Shown: positions 9,608 through 19,102 of the stretch, in pieces | Layout: each line of letters begins with the position of its first letter | Numbering within the stretch: the first letter of the stretch is position 1 | NCBI GenBank assembly: GCA_024278985.1 | Contig: JAJRSC010000029.1 | Coordinates: forward strand, 1 to 38,719 | Direction: 5' to 3' | Origin: an archaeon | Lineage (GTDB): Archaea; AGJL01; Methanococci; Methanococcales; Methanocaldococcaceae | DNA length: 38,719 bases | Notes under the pieces: generated by a model | What the model saw: the letters and a program-made list of their open reading frames with translations, nothing else | What the model was told of the DNA's origin: nothing | Databases searched by the model: none | Position numbers and translations under genes: made by a program

Positions 9608-10694
9608 AATTAACTTTTTTTCCTATACCAATAAATATTTTATTTGCTCCTATTTTATCCCCATGTTGAGATATTATTTCAATATTTTCCTTTTTAGCAA
9701 GTTCTTCAACTCTCTTTCTTCCAGTATCTTTACTTTTCTCTCCAAAGGATATAATTATAATATTATCTCCAACTTCTTTAAATCCTAAAATAGGTTTTTT
9801 TATTTTTTTATACAAATCATTTTTATCTTTTAAATGCTCAACAACCATTTTAGCATCCTCAATAAAAGGGAAATCTTTAATATATCCAATAAATTTATCT
9901 ATGTTACTATCTCTTTCTTGACCATATTTTTTTAGATTTATTTTAAAGTAATTTAATTTTCCTTCTTGATATTCTCTTATAACAGACTCTGCTGCTCTTT
10001 CTACATCAGGAAGTCCTCCTTTTTTATAGTATCCTCTTTTCTTAGCAATTTCCTTTAAAATAGATTCATCAATTTCTTTATAATCAATATTATAATATTC
10101 TTTAATTCTTGAACTATCAAAGTTATTTATTCTTTCCAAGATTTTTATAGCTGGGGATATTAAAGAATCTGCTTTTTCTAATCTTAATGCTCCTGAAATA
10201 ATTAAATCATCTTCATTTTTCATCTCCAACACTCCTGGAGTATCAAGAAGTTTAATTTTTTTTGTTAATTTTATCCACTGCTCTCCCTTTGTTAAACCAG
10301 CAATATTTCCAGTTAGAGCACTTCTTTTTCCAGTTAGTGCATTAATTATTGATGACTTTCCTACATTTGGATAACCAACAACTCCAACCTTCCCCTCTCC
10401 ACCAATAAGTTCTTTAATTTTATCTCTTAAAATTTTTGTTCCCAATCTTCTTTTAGCAGAAACAAAAACAGTATTCTCCCCTAAAATTGATTTCCATTTT
10501 TCAAGTATTTCTTTAGGTACTAAATCTGCCTTATTTAAAACATAAATTAATTTCTTTCCTTTTGATTTTACTTTTTCTTCTAATTCTTTGTTTCTTGTTA
10601 ATTCTGGGTCTCTTGCATCTAAAACCAATAATATTAAATCACATTCATCAATAACCTTATCAACTATCTTTTTGACTGGTACTCTTTTTCTCAT
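9606..10694 (-). CDS. Circularly permuted GTPase, RbgA/YlqF/YawG family (ribosome biogenesis)
   Basis: LDARDP, then G4 NKAD and G5 SAK before G1 GYPNVGKSS and G3 DTPG. Confidence 0.92.
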   Translation of the reverse strand: MRKRVPVKKIVDKVIDECDLILLVLDARDPELTRNKELEEKVKSKGKKLIYVLNKADLVPKEILEKWKSILGENTVFVSAKRRLGTKILRDKIKELIGGEGKVGVVGYPNVGKSSIINALTGKRSALTGNIAGLTKGEQWIKLTKKIKLLDTPGVLEMKNEDDLIISGALRLEKADSLISPAIKILERINNFDSSRIKEYYNIDYKEIDESILKEIAKKRGYYKKGGLPDVERAAESVIREYQEGKLNYFKINLKKYGQERDSNIDKFIGYIKDFPFIEDAKMVVEHLKDKNDLYKKIKKPILGFKEVGDNIIIISFGEKSKDTGRKRVEELAKKENIEIISQHGDKIGANKIFIGIGKKVN

Positions 10695-10767
10695 AGTAAT
10701 CCCTAAATATTTAATAGTATATCAAGAATATTTTATAATCAAAATTATTTTTAAATGTGTGTTAGTT

Positions 10768-11439
10768 ATGCATAAACAGAGATTTTGTTTAGATACAAGT
10801 GCCTTTACAGAGCCATCAGTAAGGAAAGCATTAGGATATGAATCTATAACAGATTTAACTAATAGAATTATGGATTTAATTGCTGAGGCAAGAGTTAAAT
10901 TAAATATATCTTGCCATATCCCATATCCAAGTGTATATAATGAACTTATTGGATTTTTAGAAAATGAAGGATGTCCAAGAGAGGTTATAATAAAAGTAGA
11001 TACTTGGCTTGTAAAAAAAACCCCTAATAGGTATGAGATTAAACTCCCAGCAGAAATATTTTATGATTATATAAAAGATTTAAGAGAGAGGATTAATAAA
11101 GGTTTAAGAATTGGAGAGGAATATATTACAAAAACTGCAGATATGGTTTATGAACATATAAAAAAGAACCCTGATATAAATAAAAGAGAACTATTAAATA
11201 GTATCCTTTCTAAAACAATAAATAATTTTAGAAATAAATATAGAAGTGCTTTAAGAGTTGGAACATTAGATAGTGCTCCAGATTTAGATGTTTTATTATT
11301 GGCTAAAGAGTTAGATGCTGCTGTTGTAGCAAGTGATGGGGGTATAGAAAAATGGGCTCAAAGATTAGGGTTAAGATTTGTTAATGCTTCAGATTTTCCT
11401 TTTATGCTTGAAGAATATTTAAAACACTCAAAACAGTGA
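10768..11439 (+). CDS. Protein-only RNase P (HARP, Aq_880/UPF0278 PIN-like family)
   Basis: RFCLDTS N-terminus, KTPNRYE, RINKGLRIGE, RNKYRSALRVGTLDSAPDLD, ASDGGI. ATG at 10768; the upstream ORF extension overlaps the GTPase antisense and is probably spurious. Confidence 0.88.
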   Translation: MHKQRFCLDTSAFTEPSVRKALGYESITDLTNRIMDLIAEARVKLNISCHIPYPSVYNELIGFLENEGCPREVIIKVDTWLVKKTPNRYEIKLPAEIFYDYIKDLRERINKGLRIGEEYITKTADMVYEHIKKNPDINKRELLNSILSKTINNFRNKYRSALRVGTLDSAPDLDVLLLAKELDAAVVASDGGIEKWAQRLGLRFVNASDFPFMLEEYLKHSKQ

Positions 11440-11443
11440 GAAT

Positions 11444-11821
11444 ATGACTCTACTACTAATAAGAGGAGACAGTTATGAAAAATTAAAAAATGCTCTTGCA
11501 GATGTTGATAGACATGCAGAACTAACTATAATAGGTAAGCCAAAAATTATAGTTCCTGAGGCAGCAGATGAAATATTAGAGCATATCTTGGGAGAAGTTA
11601 AAAAACCTTGTAAAACTGCATGTATAGCAAAAATAGCAGAAAAAGCACCTAAAGCAATAGACAGAATAAGAAAAATTCATCCTCCAGCCCATATTGTTGT
11701 TATTAGTGAGAGATATGGAGATATATACTATCAGCTATTAAAAGATTTTACAAGACTTCCAGTTTTGAGAGGATATTATAAATCAAAAAAGAAAAAAAAG
11801 AATAAGTATCTCTCAAAATAA
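11444..11821 (+). CDS. Conserved archaeal protein, DUF356-like
   Basis: LLIRGDSYEK, NALADVDRHA, RIRKIHPPAHIVVIS, Lys-rich tail. Confidence 0.75.
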   Translation: MTLLLIRGDSYEKLKNALADVDRHAELTIIGKPKIIVPEAADEILEHILGEVKKPCKTACIAKIAEKAPKAIDRIRKIHPPAHIVVISERYGDIYYQLLKDFTRLPVLRGYYKSKKKKKNKYLSK

Positions 11822-11839
11822 CTCTATTAGGGGATTTTT

Positions 11840-12343
11840 ATGGACAAACCTATTCTAATAGATATTAAAGAAAGAAAACATAATTTAATAGACTTAGGTG
11901 AAAAAAAATTAAGAGATTTATATAATCTTAGAGTAAAAATGGAAATAATTAGAGATATTGGTGATGATAAAAAACTTGAAGAATTAGAGGAGAAAGAGTT
12001 AGATTTAGTTTATGATTTAAATAAAATAGATTTAGGAATTAAAACCCTCGAAGCTGCTGAGTATATTATAGAAAATAACATATTTGGAAAATACTGGGAA
12101 AAAATAGAGGAATCATTGGATACTGATAAATTGTTAGAAATATTTATAAAAAATGGATTAAATATAAAAAAATCTTGCTTAGAGTTGTATAATATGTTTA
12201 ATATTAATGATAAATCTATTTTAAAAAAAATTGAAAAATTGCCTGATGAAGAAAAATGTATGGGAGAATGTGACAATAAAATAACTGAAAATATTATTGA
12301 GAGATTAAAATCATTAAAAAATAAGCTAATGAAAGGTGAATAA
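11840..12343 (+). CDS. Hypothetical protein (acidic, helical/coiled-coil-like)
   Basis: 167-codon ORF with SD GGGGA and normal codon usage, overlapping the ileS SD. No recognisable motif. Confidence 0.7.
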   Translation: MDKPILIDIKERKHNLIDLGEKKLRDLYNLRVKMEIIRDIGDDKKLEELEEKELDLVYDLNKIDLGIKTLEAAEYIIENNIFGKYWEKIEESLDTDKLLEIFIKNGLNIKKSCLELYNMFNINDKSILKKIEKLPDEEKCMGECDNKITENIIERLKSLKNKLMKGE

Positions 12344-12347
12344 TGAC

Positions 12348-15300
12348 ATGGAAAGAGTAAAAAAAGTTAATTTTAGAGAATTAGATAAGAAAATAAAAGA
12401 ATTTTGGAAAAATAATAGAATTTATGAAAAAGTTAAAGAAAAAAATAAAGATAATAAAGAGTTTTATTTTGTTGATGGACCTCCATATTGTTCTGGGTCT
12501 ATACACTTAGGAACTGCCTGGAATAAAATAATTAAAGATACTTATTTAAGATTTAAAAGAATGCAGGGGTATAATGTATTAGATAAAGCTGGTTGGGACA
12601 TGCATGGCCTACCAATAGAGGTTAAAGTTGAGAAGGAACTGAACATAAAAACAAAAAAAGATATTGAAAAAATAGGAGTTGATAAATTTATAGAAAAATG
12701 TAAAGAGTTTGCTTTAAAACATAAGGAAATTATGGAAAATCAATTTAAAAATTTAGGTGTTTGGTTAGATTGGGACAATGCATATATGCCAATAACTAAG
12801 GAATATATGGAAACTGGTTGGTGGAGTTTAAAAGTAGCTCATGAGAAAGGACTATTAAAAAAAGACTTAAGAGTTGTCTATTGGTGTCCAAGGTGTGAAA
12901 CAGCTTTAGCTGAGCATGAAGTTAGGGGAGAGTACAAAGAAGTTGAAGACCCCTCTTTATATGTAAAATTTAAGTTAAAAGATGAGGATGCATATATAGT
13001 CATTTGGACAACTACTCCTTGGACATTGGTGGCAAACTTAGCAGTTGCAGTGCATCCAGATTATGATTATTGTTATGTTGAAGTTGAAAAAGAAAATAAA
13101 GAAGTTTGGATAATTGCTGAGAAATTAGTAGAAGATGTTTTAAAAAAGGCAAAAATTAAAAAATATAAAATCATAAAAAAAGTTAAAGGTAAAGAATTAG
13201 AAGGTAAGAGATATATTCATCCACTATTGGAAGAAGTTGAAAGACAAAAAGAGTTTGCTAAAGTTGCCCATTACATTGTTTTAGGAGAACATGTTACATT
13301 ATAAGGAGGTACTGGATTAGTTCATACAGCTCCAGGTCATGGAGAGGAAGATTTTGAAGTGGCTAAAAAGTATAATCTCCCTATTTATTGTCCAATTGAT
13401 GACCAAGGAAAATATACAGAGGGTAAGTGGAGAGGTATTTTTGTTAAAGATGCTGATGATTTAATTGTTAAGACATTAGAAGAAAAAGGTCTATTGGTTA
13501 ATTATGGTAGAATTAAGCATAGTTATCCTCACTGTTGGAGATGTAAAACACCTTTGTTATTTAGAGCAACAGAACAGTGGTTTTTAATTATCTCAAAAAT
13601 TAAGGATGAAATTATAGAGCAGGCAAAAACTGTTACATGGATTCCTGAATGGATTGAAACAAGATATATAAATGGTGTTAAGTTTGTTGGAGATTGGAAT
13701 ATAAGTAGGCAAAGATATTGGGGAATCCCTCTACCAGTATGGGTTTGTAAAAAGTGTGGAAAGTATATTGTTGTTGGAAGTGTTGAAGAACTTAAAGAGA
13801 GGGCTGTTGAAAATATTGAATTGGAGGATTTACATAAACCATATGTTGATAAAGTTAAGTTAAGATGTGAATGTTCTGGAATTATGGAAAGAGTTCCAGA
13901 TGTTTTAGATGTTTGGTTTGACTCTGGATTGGCACCATATGCATCAATAAATTCAAAAACATTAAAGAAAGCTGATTTTATTACTGAAGGACATGACCAA
14001 GTTACAAAATGGTTTTACTCTCAACATGCGCTCTCTGCTATAGTCTTTGGAGATGTGCCTTATAAGAAGTGTCTTACTCATGGCTTTACTTTGGATGAGA
14101 AAGGAGACAAGATGAGTAAAAGTTTGGGGAATATAGTTAGTCCTGATGATGTTGTTGAGAAATATGGGGCTGATATATTAAGGTTTTATTTACTATCTGC
14201 AAATAAGGTTTGGGAGGATTTAAGATTTGTATGGAGTGAAGTTGATGATGTATTAAGTCTATTTAATACCTTATGGAATGCCTATATGTTTGCAGTTAAT
14301 TATATGGTTTTAGATAATTTTCAACCAAATGATGATTATTTCAAATATCTAAGAGAAGAGGATAAGTGGATAATAAGTAGAGTTAATTCTTTAGCAAAAA
14401 AAGCAATTAAAAGTTTAGAAATTCCTCATTTCCATACTTATACATGGTCAATTAAAGACTTTATATTAAATGATTTGAGTAGGTGGTATATAAGATTAAT
14501 AAGGGATAGAACTTGGAAAGAAGGAGAAGATAGTGATAAGTTTGCTGTCTATCAAACACTATACTATACATTATTAAAATTGTCTAAAATTATTGCCCCA
14601 ATAGCACCATACACTGCTGAAGCAATATATCAAAATCTAAAAACTAAGGATTTGGAAGAAAGTATTTTTATGTATAATATTGATGTTGATGAGGAATTAA
14701 TAGATACTGAACTTGAAAAAGATATGGAAATTGTTAGAGATATTGTTGATGCCATTTATAGAGGAAGAGATAAGATAAAATATACATTAAGATATCCATT
14801 AAAAGAGATTGTAATATCTGGAAATGAAGAAGTAAAAAAGGCTGTTGATAGATTTGAGGAAATTATTAAAGAGCAGGGAAATGTTAAGATTATTAAATTT
14901 GGAGAAGTAGGAAACTATAAAATAAAGCCAAATTATAGAGAGTTGGGTAAGAGATACAAAAGTGAAGTTCCTAAAGTTGTTGAGATATTAAATAAAGTAG
15001 ATGCCAAAGAATTAATTAATGAACTAAATGAGAAAGGTAAGGCTATTATTGAGGGTTATGAGATTTTACCAAGTTATATAGATGTTAAAATTGAATTACC
15101 TGAAAATATTTCTGGAGTTGAATTTAGCAAAGGAACAGTATATATTAATGCTAAAATTGAAGAAGATTTAATAAAAGAGGGATTAATGAGAGAAGTTATT
15201 AGAAGAATACAGGCAATGAGAAAAGATTTAGATTTAGATATTGAAGAAAAAATAAAGGTTAAGGTTGAAGGAATTGACTTAAATGGATTTGAAAAAATTA

Positions 15301-15419
15301 TTGAGAGAGAAGTTAGAGGAACATTTGAGGATATTGAAGGAGAATATATAAAAGATTGGGAAATTAAAACTCCTGATGGAAGAAAATATAATATAAAAAT
15401 AAGAATTGAAAGAGCTTAA
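12348..15419 (+). CDS. ileS: Isoleucine--tRNA ligase, interrupted by one in-frame TAA at 13302-13304
   Basis: DGPPY, HLGT (HIGH-like), GWDMHGLP, WTTTPWTL, then TL*GGTGLVHTAPGHG in the same frame, CWRCKTP, WNISRQRYWG, KMSKS. Both ORF-track pieces share one frame. ATG at 12348 after GGTGA. Confidence 0.95.
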
Positions 15420-15459
15420 ATATTATTTTATACTTATTTTTTATTTTTGGGGGAATAAT

Positions 15460-17340
15460 ATGTCAAACATAAAAAAAATTATTTTGGAAAAATTAAATAT
15501 CAGTGAAGAGGAACTTAATAAACTAATAAAAGAAAAAAAAGAAGAGTATGGTGGAATTGTAACTGATGAGGCTATTTTAAGAATTATTGCTAATGAATAT
15601 AATATAGATATTGATGATGAACTTGGAGAATTCTTAATTAAAGATATTAGAGAAGGACAAATAAATGTTGAGATTATTGGAGTTGTTAAAGATGTTTCTG
15701 AGATAAAAACATTTAAGAGAAAAGATGGAAGTGAAGGAAAATATAGGAAGGTTGTTATAGCAGATAAATCTGGGGAAATAGTTATAACCTTATGGGATGA
15801 GTTAGCTGAAAAAGATATAAAAGTAGGAGATATTTTAAAAATTAGAAAAGCAAAATCAAGAATTTGGAGAGATAAAATAGAATTATCTTCTGGAAAAGAT
15901 ACATCAATAAGAATTTTAGAATCTACAAAAAAGGAACTTCCTGAAGTTAAGGAAATTTATAAGATTAATGAACTTGAACCTGGAATTACTGCTACAATTG
16001 AAGGTGTTGTTAAATCTTCCCTTCCACCAAAAGAAACAAAAAAAGATAACAAAACTGTTAAATTTAGGTCTTTTATTTTAGAAGATGAAACTGGTAGTAT
16101 AAGGGTAGTTTTATGGGATGAGTTGGCTGAGAAAGATATAAAAGTAGGGGATAAGGTTAGAGTTAGAGGATATATTAGAAGAAATTACTATTTTAAAGAT
16201 TCCTTAGAATGCACTGCCAATAATGTAGAAATTATAGAAAGAGGTGAAATAAAAAAGGCTCCTATTATAAAAATTAGTGAGTTGGATGATTATGAAAGTT
16301 ATGAGTTGGTTAGTGTAGAAGGAACTATAAAAGTTATTGGTGGAAAAAGATATATTAATATTGATGGAGAAAAAAGAAGCCTACAAGAGATTATTTTAAA
16401 TGATGGTAGTGATGATATTATAATATCATTTTGGGGGTTTAAAAAGGCACTTTTAGAAGGATTAAAAGAGGGAGATGTAGTAAGAATATACAATTTAAGA
16501 ATTAGTAAATATATAGACAAAGAAGGAAATTTAAGAATAAATTTAGTAGCAACCCAAGAAACAGAAATAGAAAAGATAGGAGAGACAGATTATAAATTAA
16601 AGTTTTATAAAATTGGAGAAATATTAGAGAATCCATATATTGAAGATATTAATATTATAGGAGTTGTTACTGAGGACTTTGGTGTTAATGAAGTCATTAT
16701 AAATGATAAAATAAGGAAGGTAAGAAATATTATTTTAGAAGATGAAACTGGAAGAATAAAATTAAGTTTATGGGATGAGTTAGCTGAAAGTGATATTAAA
16801 GAAGGGGATACTTTAGGAATATTACATGCAAATGCTAGAATTAGAGATAATTTTGTTGATTTATCATTAGGTAGATTTGGGAGAATAGAAAAAGTAGATA
16901 TAAAAATATTCCCAAGAAAATTTATAGCTGATTTAAAAGATAATGAAATTGTAGAGATTAGAGGAACTATTGTAAAAATACTTTCTGGTCCAGTAATTAA
17001 AATTTGTCCAAGTTGTAAAAAAAGAGTTGAAGATATTTGTGAGGAGTGTGGAGTTGAAGGGGTTGATAGATTATCAATATCCTTTATATTAGATGATGGA
17101 ACAGATACAATATTATGTAAAGCATATGATAAAAAAGTAGAAAAAATATTAAAAAATGAAAAAGAAAATATTTATTTAAAATCTTTTGAAGAAATTGAAA
17201 AGGAATTATTAGGAGAAGAGATTATTTTATTAGGATATGTTAAAGTAGATGAAGAAAAAATTTTTTATGTAAAAGGAGTCTATCCTTTTAACATTGATAA
17301 AGAAATAAAGATTCTTAAAGATGGATATAATGATATTTAA
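15460..17340 (+). CDS. rpa: Replication protein A (multi-OB-fold ssDNA-binding protein with C4 zinc finger)
   Basis: Repeated D(E/K)(T/S)G-x-I-x-x-x-LWD OB-fold motifs and CPSC...CEEC near the C-terminus. ATG at 15460. Confidence 0.9.
   Translation: MSNIKKIILEKLNISEEELNKLIKEKKEEYGGIVTDEAILRIIANEYNIDIDDELGEFLIKDIREGQINVEIIGVVKDVSEIKTFKRKDGSEGKYRKVVIADKSGEIVITLWDELAEKDIKVGDILKIRKAKSRIWRDKIELSSGKDTSIRILESTKKELPEVKEIYKINELEPGITATIEGVVKSSLPPKETKKDNKTVKFRSFILEDETGSIRVVLWDELAEKDIKVGDKVRVRGYIRRNYYFKDSLECTANNVEIIERGEIKKAPIIKISELDDYESYELVSVEGTIKVIGGKRYINIDGEKRSLQEIILNDGSDDIIISFWGFKKALLEGLKEGDVVRIYNLRISKYIDKEGNLRINLVATQETEIEKIGETDYKLKFYKIGEILENPYIEDINIIGVVTEDFGVNEVIINDKIRKVRNIILEDETGRIKLSLWDELAESDIKEGDTLGILHANARIRDNFVDLSLGRFGRIEKVDIKIFPRKFIADLKDNEIVEIRGTIVKILSGPVIKICPSCKKRVEDICEECGVEGVDRLSISFILDDGTDTILCKAYDKKVEKILKNEKENIYLKSFEEIEKELLGEEIILLGYVKVDEEKIFYVKGVYPFNIDKEIKILKDGYNDI
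15790..16810 (+). repeat. Three 43-nt intragenic repeats in rpa
   Basis: Copies at 15790-15832, 16111-16153 (40/43 to copy 1) and 16768-16810 (38/43 to copy 1). Also an exact 22-mer at 16073-16094 and 16730-16751. Confidence 0.85.
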
Positions 17341-17689
17341 GAATTATGAAGAGTATAAAAAAAAGATTTCTGAAATTAAAGAAAAATTAAAAGGTAAATA
17401 TGGTTGTATCTTAACATTATCTGGATATGTAAGAGAATATAATTTAAAAGAAGGTAAGAAAATACCAACAACAAAGTTAGTTATTGATAAGAAAGTAATT
17501 GATAAAATTAAACATCTCTCCAATATAGCAAAAGAAAAATATGGGGTTTTGGAAGTTATTATTTTCCATAATTATGGAGAGTTAAAAGTTGGTGAGCAAA
17601 TAACAGAGATTACTATTTTCTCAGCTCATAGATATGAGGCAATGGATGCTCTAAACTTTATTATCAATGAAATTAAAAAATATCATTAA
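17330..17689 (+). CDS. moaE: Molybdopterin synthase catalytic subunit (short MoaE)
   Basis: [34 protein letters not shown]. An alternative start exists at 17321. Confidence 0.75.
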   Translation: MIFKNYEEYKKKISEIKEKLKGKYGCILTLSGYVREYNLKEGKKIPTTKLVIDKKVIDKIKHLSNIAKEKYGVLEVIIFHNYGELKVGEQITEITIFSAHRYEAMDALNFIINEIKKYH

Positions 17690-17712
17690 ATCTAATTTTT
17701 GGTGAGAGTCAT

Positions 17713-19089
17713 ATGTCTAGGCCAGAGGAGATAATAGAAACCATAAAAATGATAAAGTTAGAAAAATTAGATTTAAGAACTGTAACTTTAGGAATTTCAT
17801 TAATTGACTGTTCTACTGATGATTTAGATAAGCTAAAAGAGAATATATACAACAAGATAGTCAGCTCTGCCGAGAATTTAGTTAATGTTTGTAAAAAAGT
17901 TGAAGAAAAGTATGGAGTTCCTATAGTTAATAAAAGAATTGCTATAACTCCAATATCTTTAATTATTGGAGGAGCAATAAAAGATTTATCTAAAAAAGAG
18001 AAAATTCAGGCATGTGTAGAGATAGGGAAAGTTTTAGATAAAGCAGCTAAAAAGGTTGGTGTTGATTTTTTAGGAGGTTATACTTCTTTAGTTCATAAAG
18101 ATGCAACAGAAACAGATAAGGCTGTTATAGATTCAATTCCTTATATGATGGAAAAAACTGAAAGAGTTTGCTCTTCTGTAAATGTTGCTTCAACAAAAAC
18201 TGGAATTAATATGAATGCTATTAAAAAAATGGGTAAAATAATAAAAGAAACTGCTTATAAAACAGAAAATGCTATTGGTTGTGCTAAGTTAGTAGTTTTT
18301 GCAAATGCTCCTGAAGATAATCCTTTTATGGCTGGAGCTTTTCATGGAGTTGGAGAAGGAGATAAAGCAATAAATATAGGTATCTCAGGACCTGGAGTTG
18401 TCAGAGCAGTAGTTGAAAAATTAAATGATGCAGATTTAGGAACATTGTCAAATGAAATAAAAAAAACAGCTTTTAAAATAACAAGAATTGGAGAATTAAT
18501 AGGTAGAGAAGTATCTAAAGAATTAGGGGTTAAATTTGGGATTGTTGATTTATCTTTAGCACCAACACCTGCAAGAGGGGACAGTGTTGCTAATATCTTA
18601 GAGGCAATGGGTTTAGAAAAATGTGGAACACATGGTTCAACTGCTGCCTTAGCTTTATTAAATGATGCTGTCAAAAAAGGAGGTGCTATGGCTACCTCAT
18701 ATGTTGGAGGTTTAAGTGGAGCATTTATTCCTGTAAGTGAAGATTCTGGAATGGTTGAGGCTGTAAAAGCAGGTGCATTAAGTTTAGAAAAATTGGAGGC
18801 AATGACTTGCGTATGTTCTGTTGGTATTGACATGGTTGCAGTTCCAGGAGATACTCCTGATTATACGATATCTGCTATTATAGCTGATGAGATGGCAATA
18901 GGGGTTATTAACAATAAAACAACTGCTGTAAGAATTATTCCAATTCCTGGGGCTAAAGAAGGAGATGAGATAGATTATGGTGGATTACTAGGAAAAGCTG
19001 TTGTTATGAAAGTAAATAAATATTCTCCTGAAAAGTTTATTAAAAGAGGTGGAAGAATTCCAGCCCCAATTCAAGGGCTAACTAATTAA
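17713..19089 (+). CDS. UPF0210/DUF711 PFL-like family protein
   Basis: [59 protein letters not shown]. Confidence 0.88.
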   Translation: MSRPEEIIETIKMIKLEKLDLRTVTLGISLIDCSTDDLDKLKENIYNKIVSSAENLVNVCKKVEEKYGVPIVNKRIAITPISLIIGGAIKDLSKKEKIQACVEIGKVLDKAAKKVGVDFLGGYTSLVHKDATETDKAVIDSIPYMMEKTERVCSSVNVASTKTGINMNAIKKMGKIIKETAYKTENAIGCAKLVVFANAPEDNPFMAGAFHGVGEGDKAINIGISGPGVVRAVVEKLNDADLGTLSNEIKKTAFKITRIGELIGREVSKELGVKFGIVDLSLAPTPARGDSVANILEAMGLEKCGTHGSTAALALLNDAVKKGGAMATSYVGGLSGAFIPVSEDSGMVEAVKAGALSLEKLEAMTCVCSVGIDMVAVPGDTPDYTISAIIADEMAIGVINNKTTAVRIIPIPGAKEGDEIDYGGLLGKAVVMKVNKYSPEKFIKRGGRIPAPIQGLTN

Positions 19090-19102
19090 ATTCGTGATAT
19101 TT

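Noticed and set aside
13302-13304. Selenocysteine or pyrrolysine recoding in ileS
   Set aside because: The codon is TAA, not TGA or TAG, and the position corresponds to an acidic residue.
15790-16153. rpa repeats as a DGR template/variable pair (differences are all A vs G)
   Set aside because: There are only three differences, all synonymous third positions, both copies are coding within one gene, and no reverse transcriptase is in the window.
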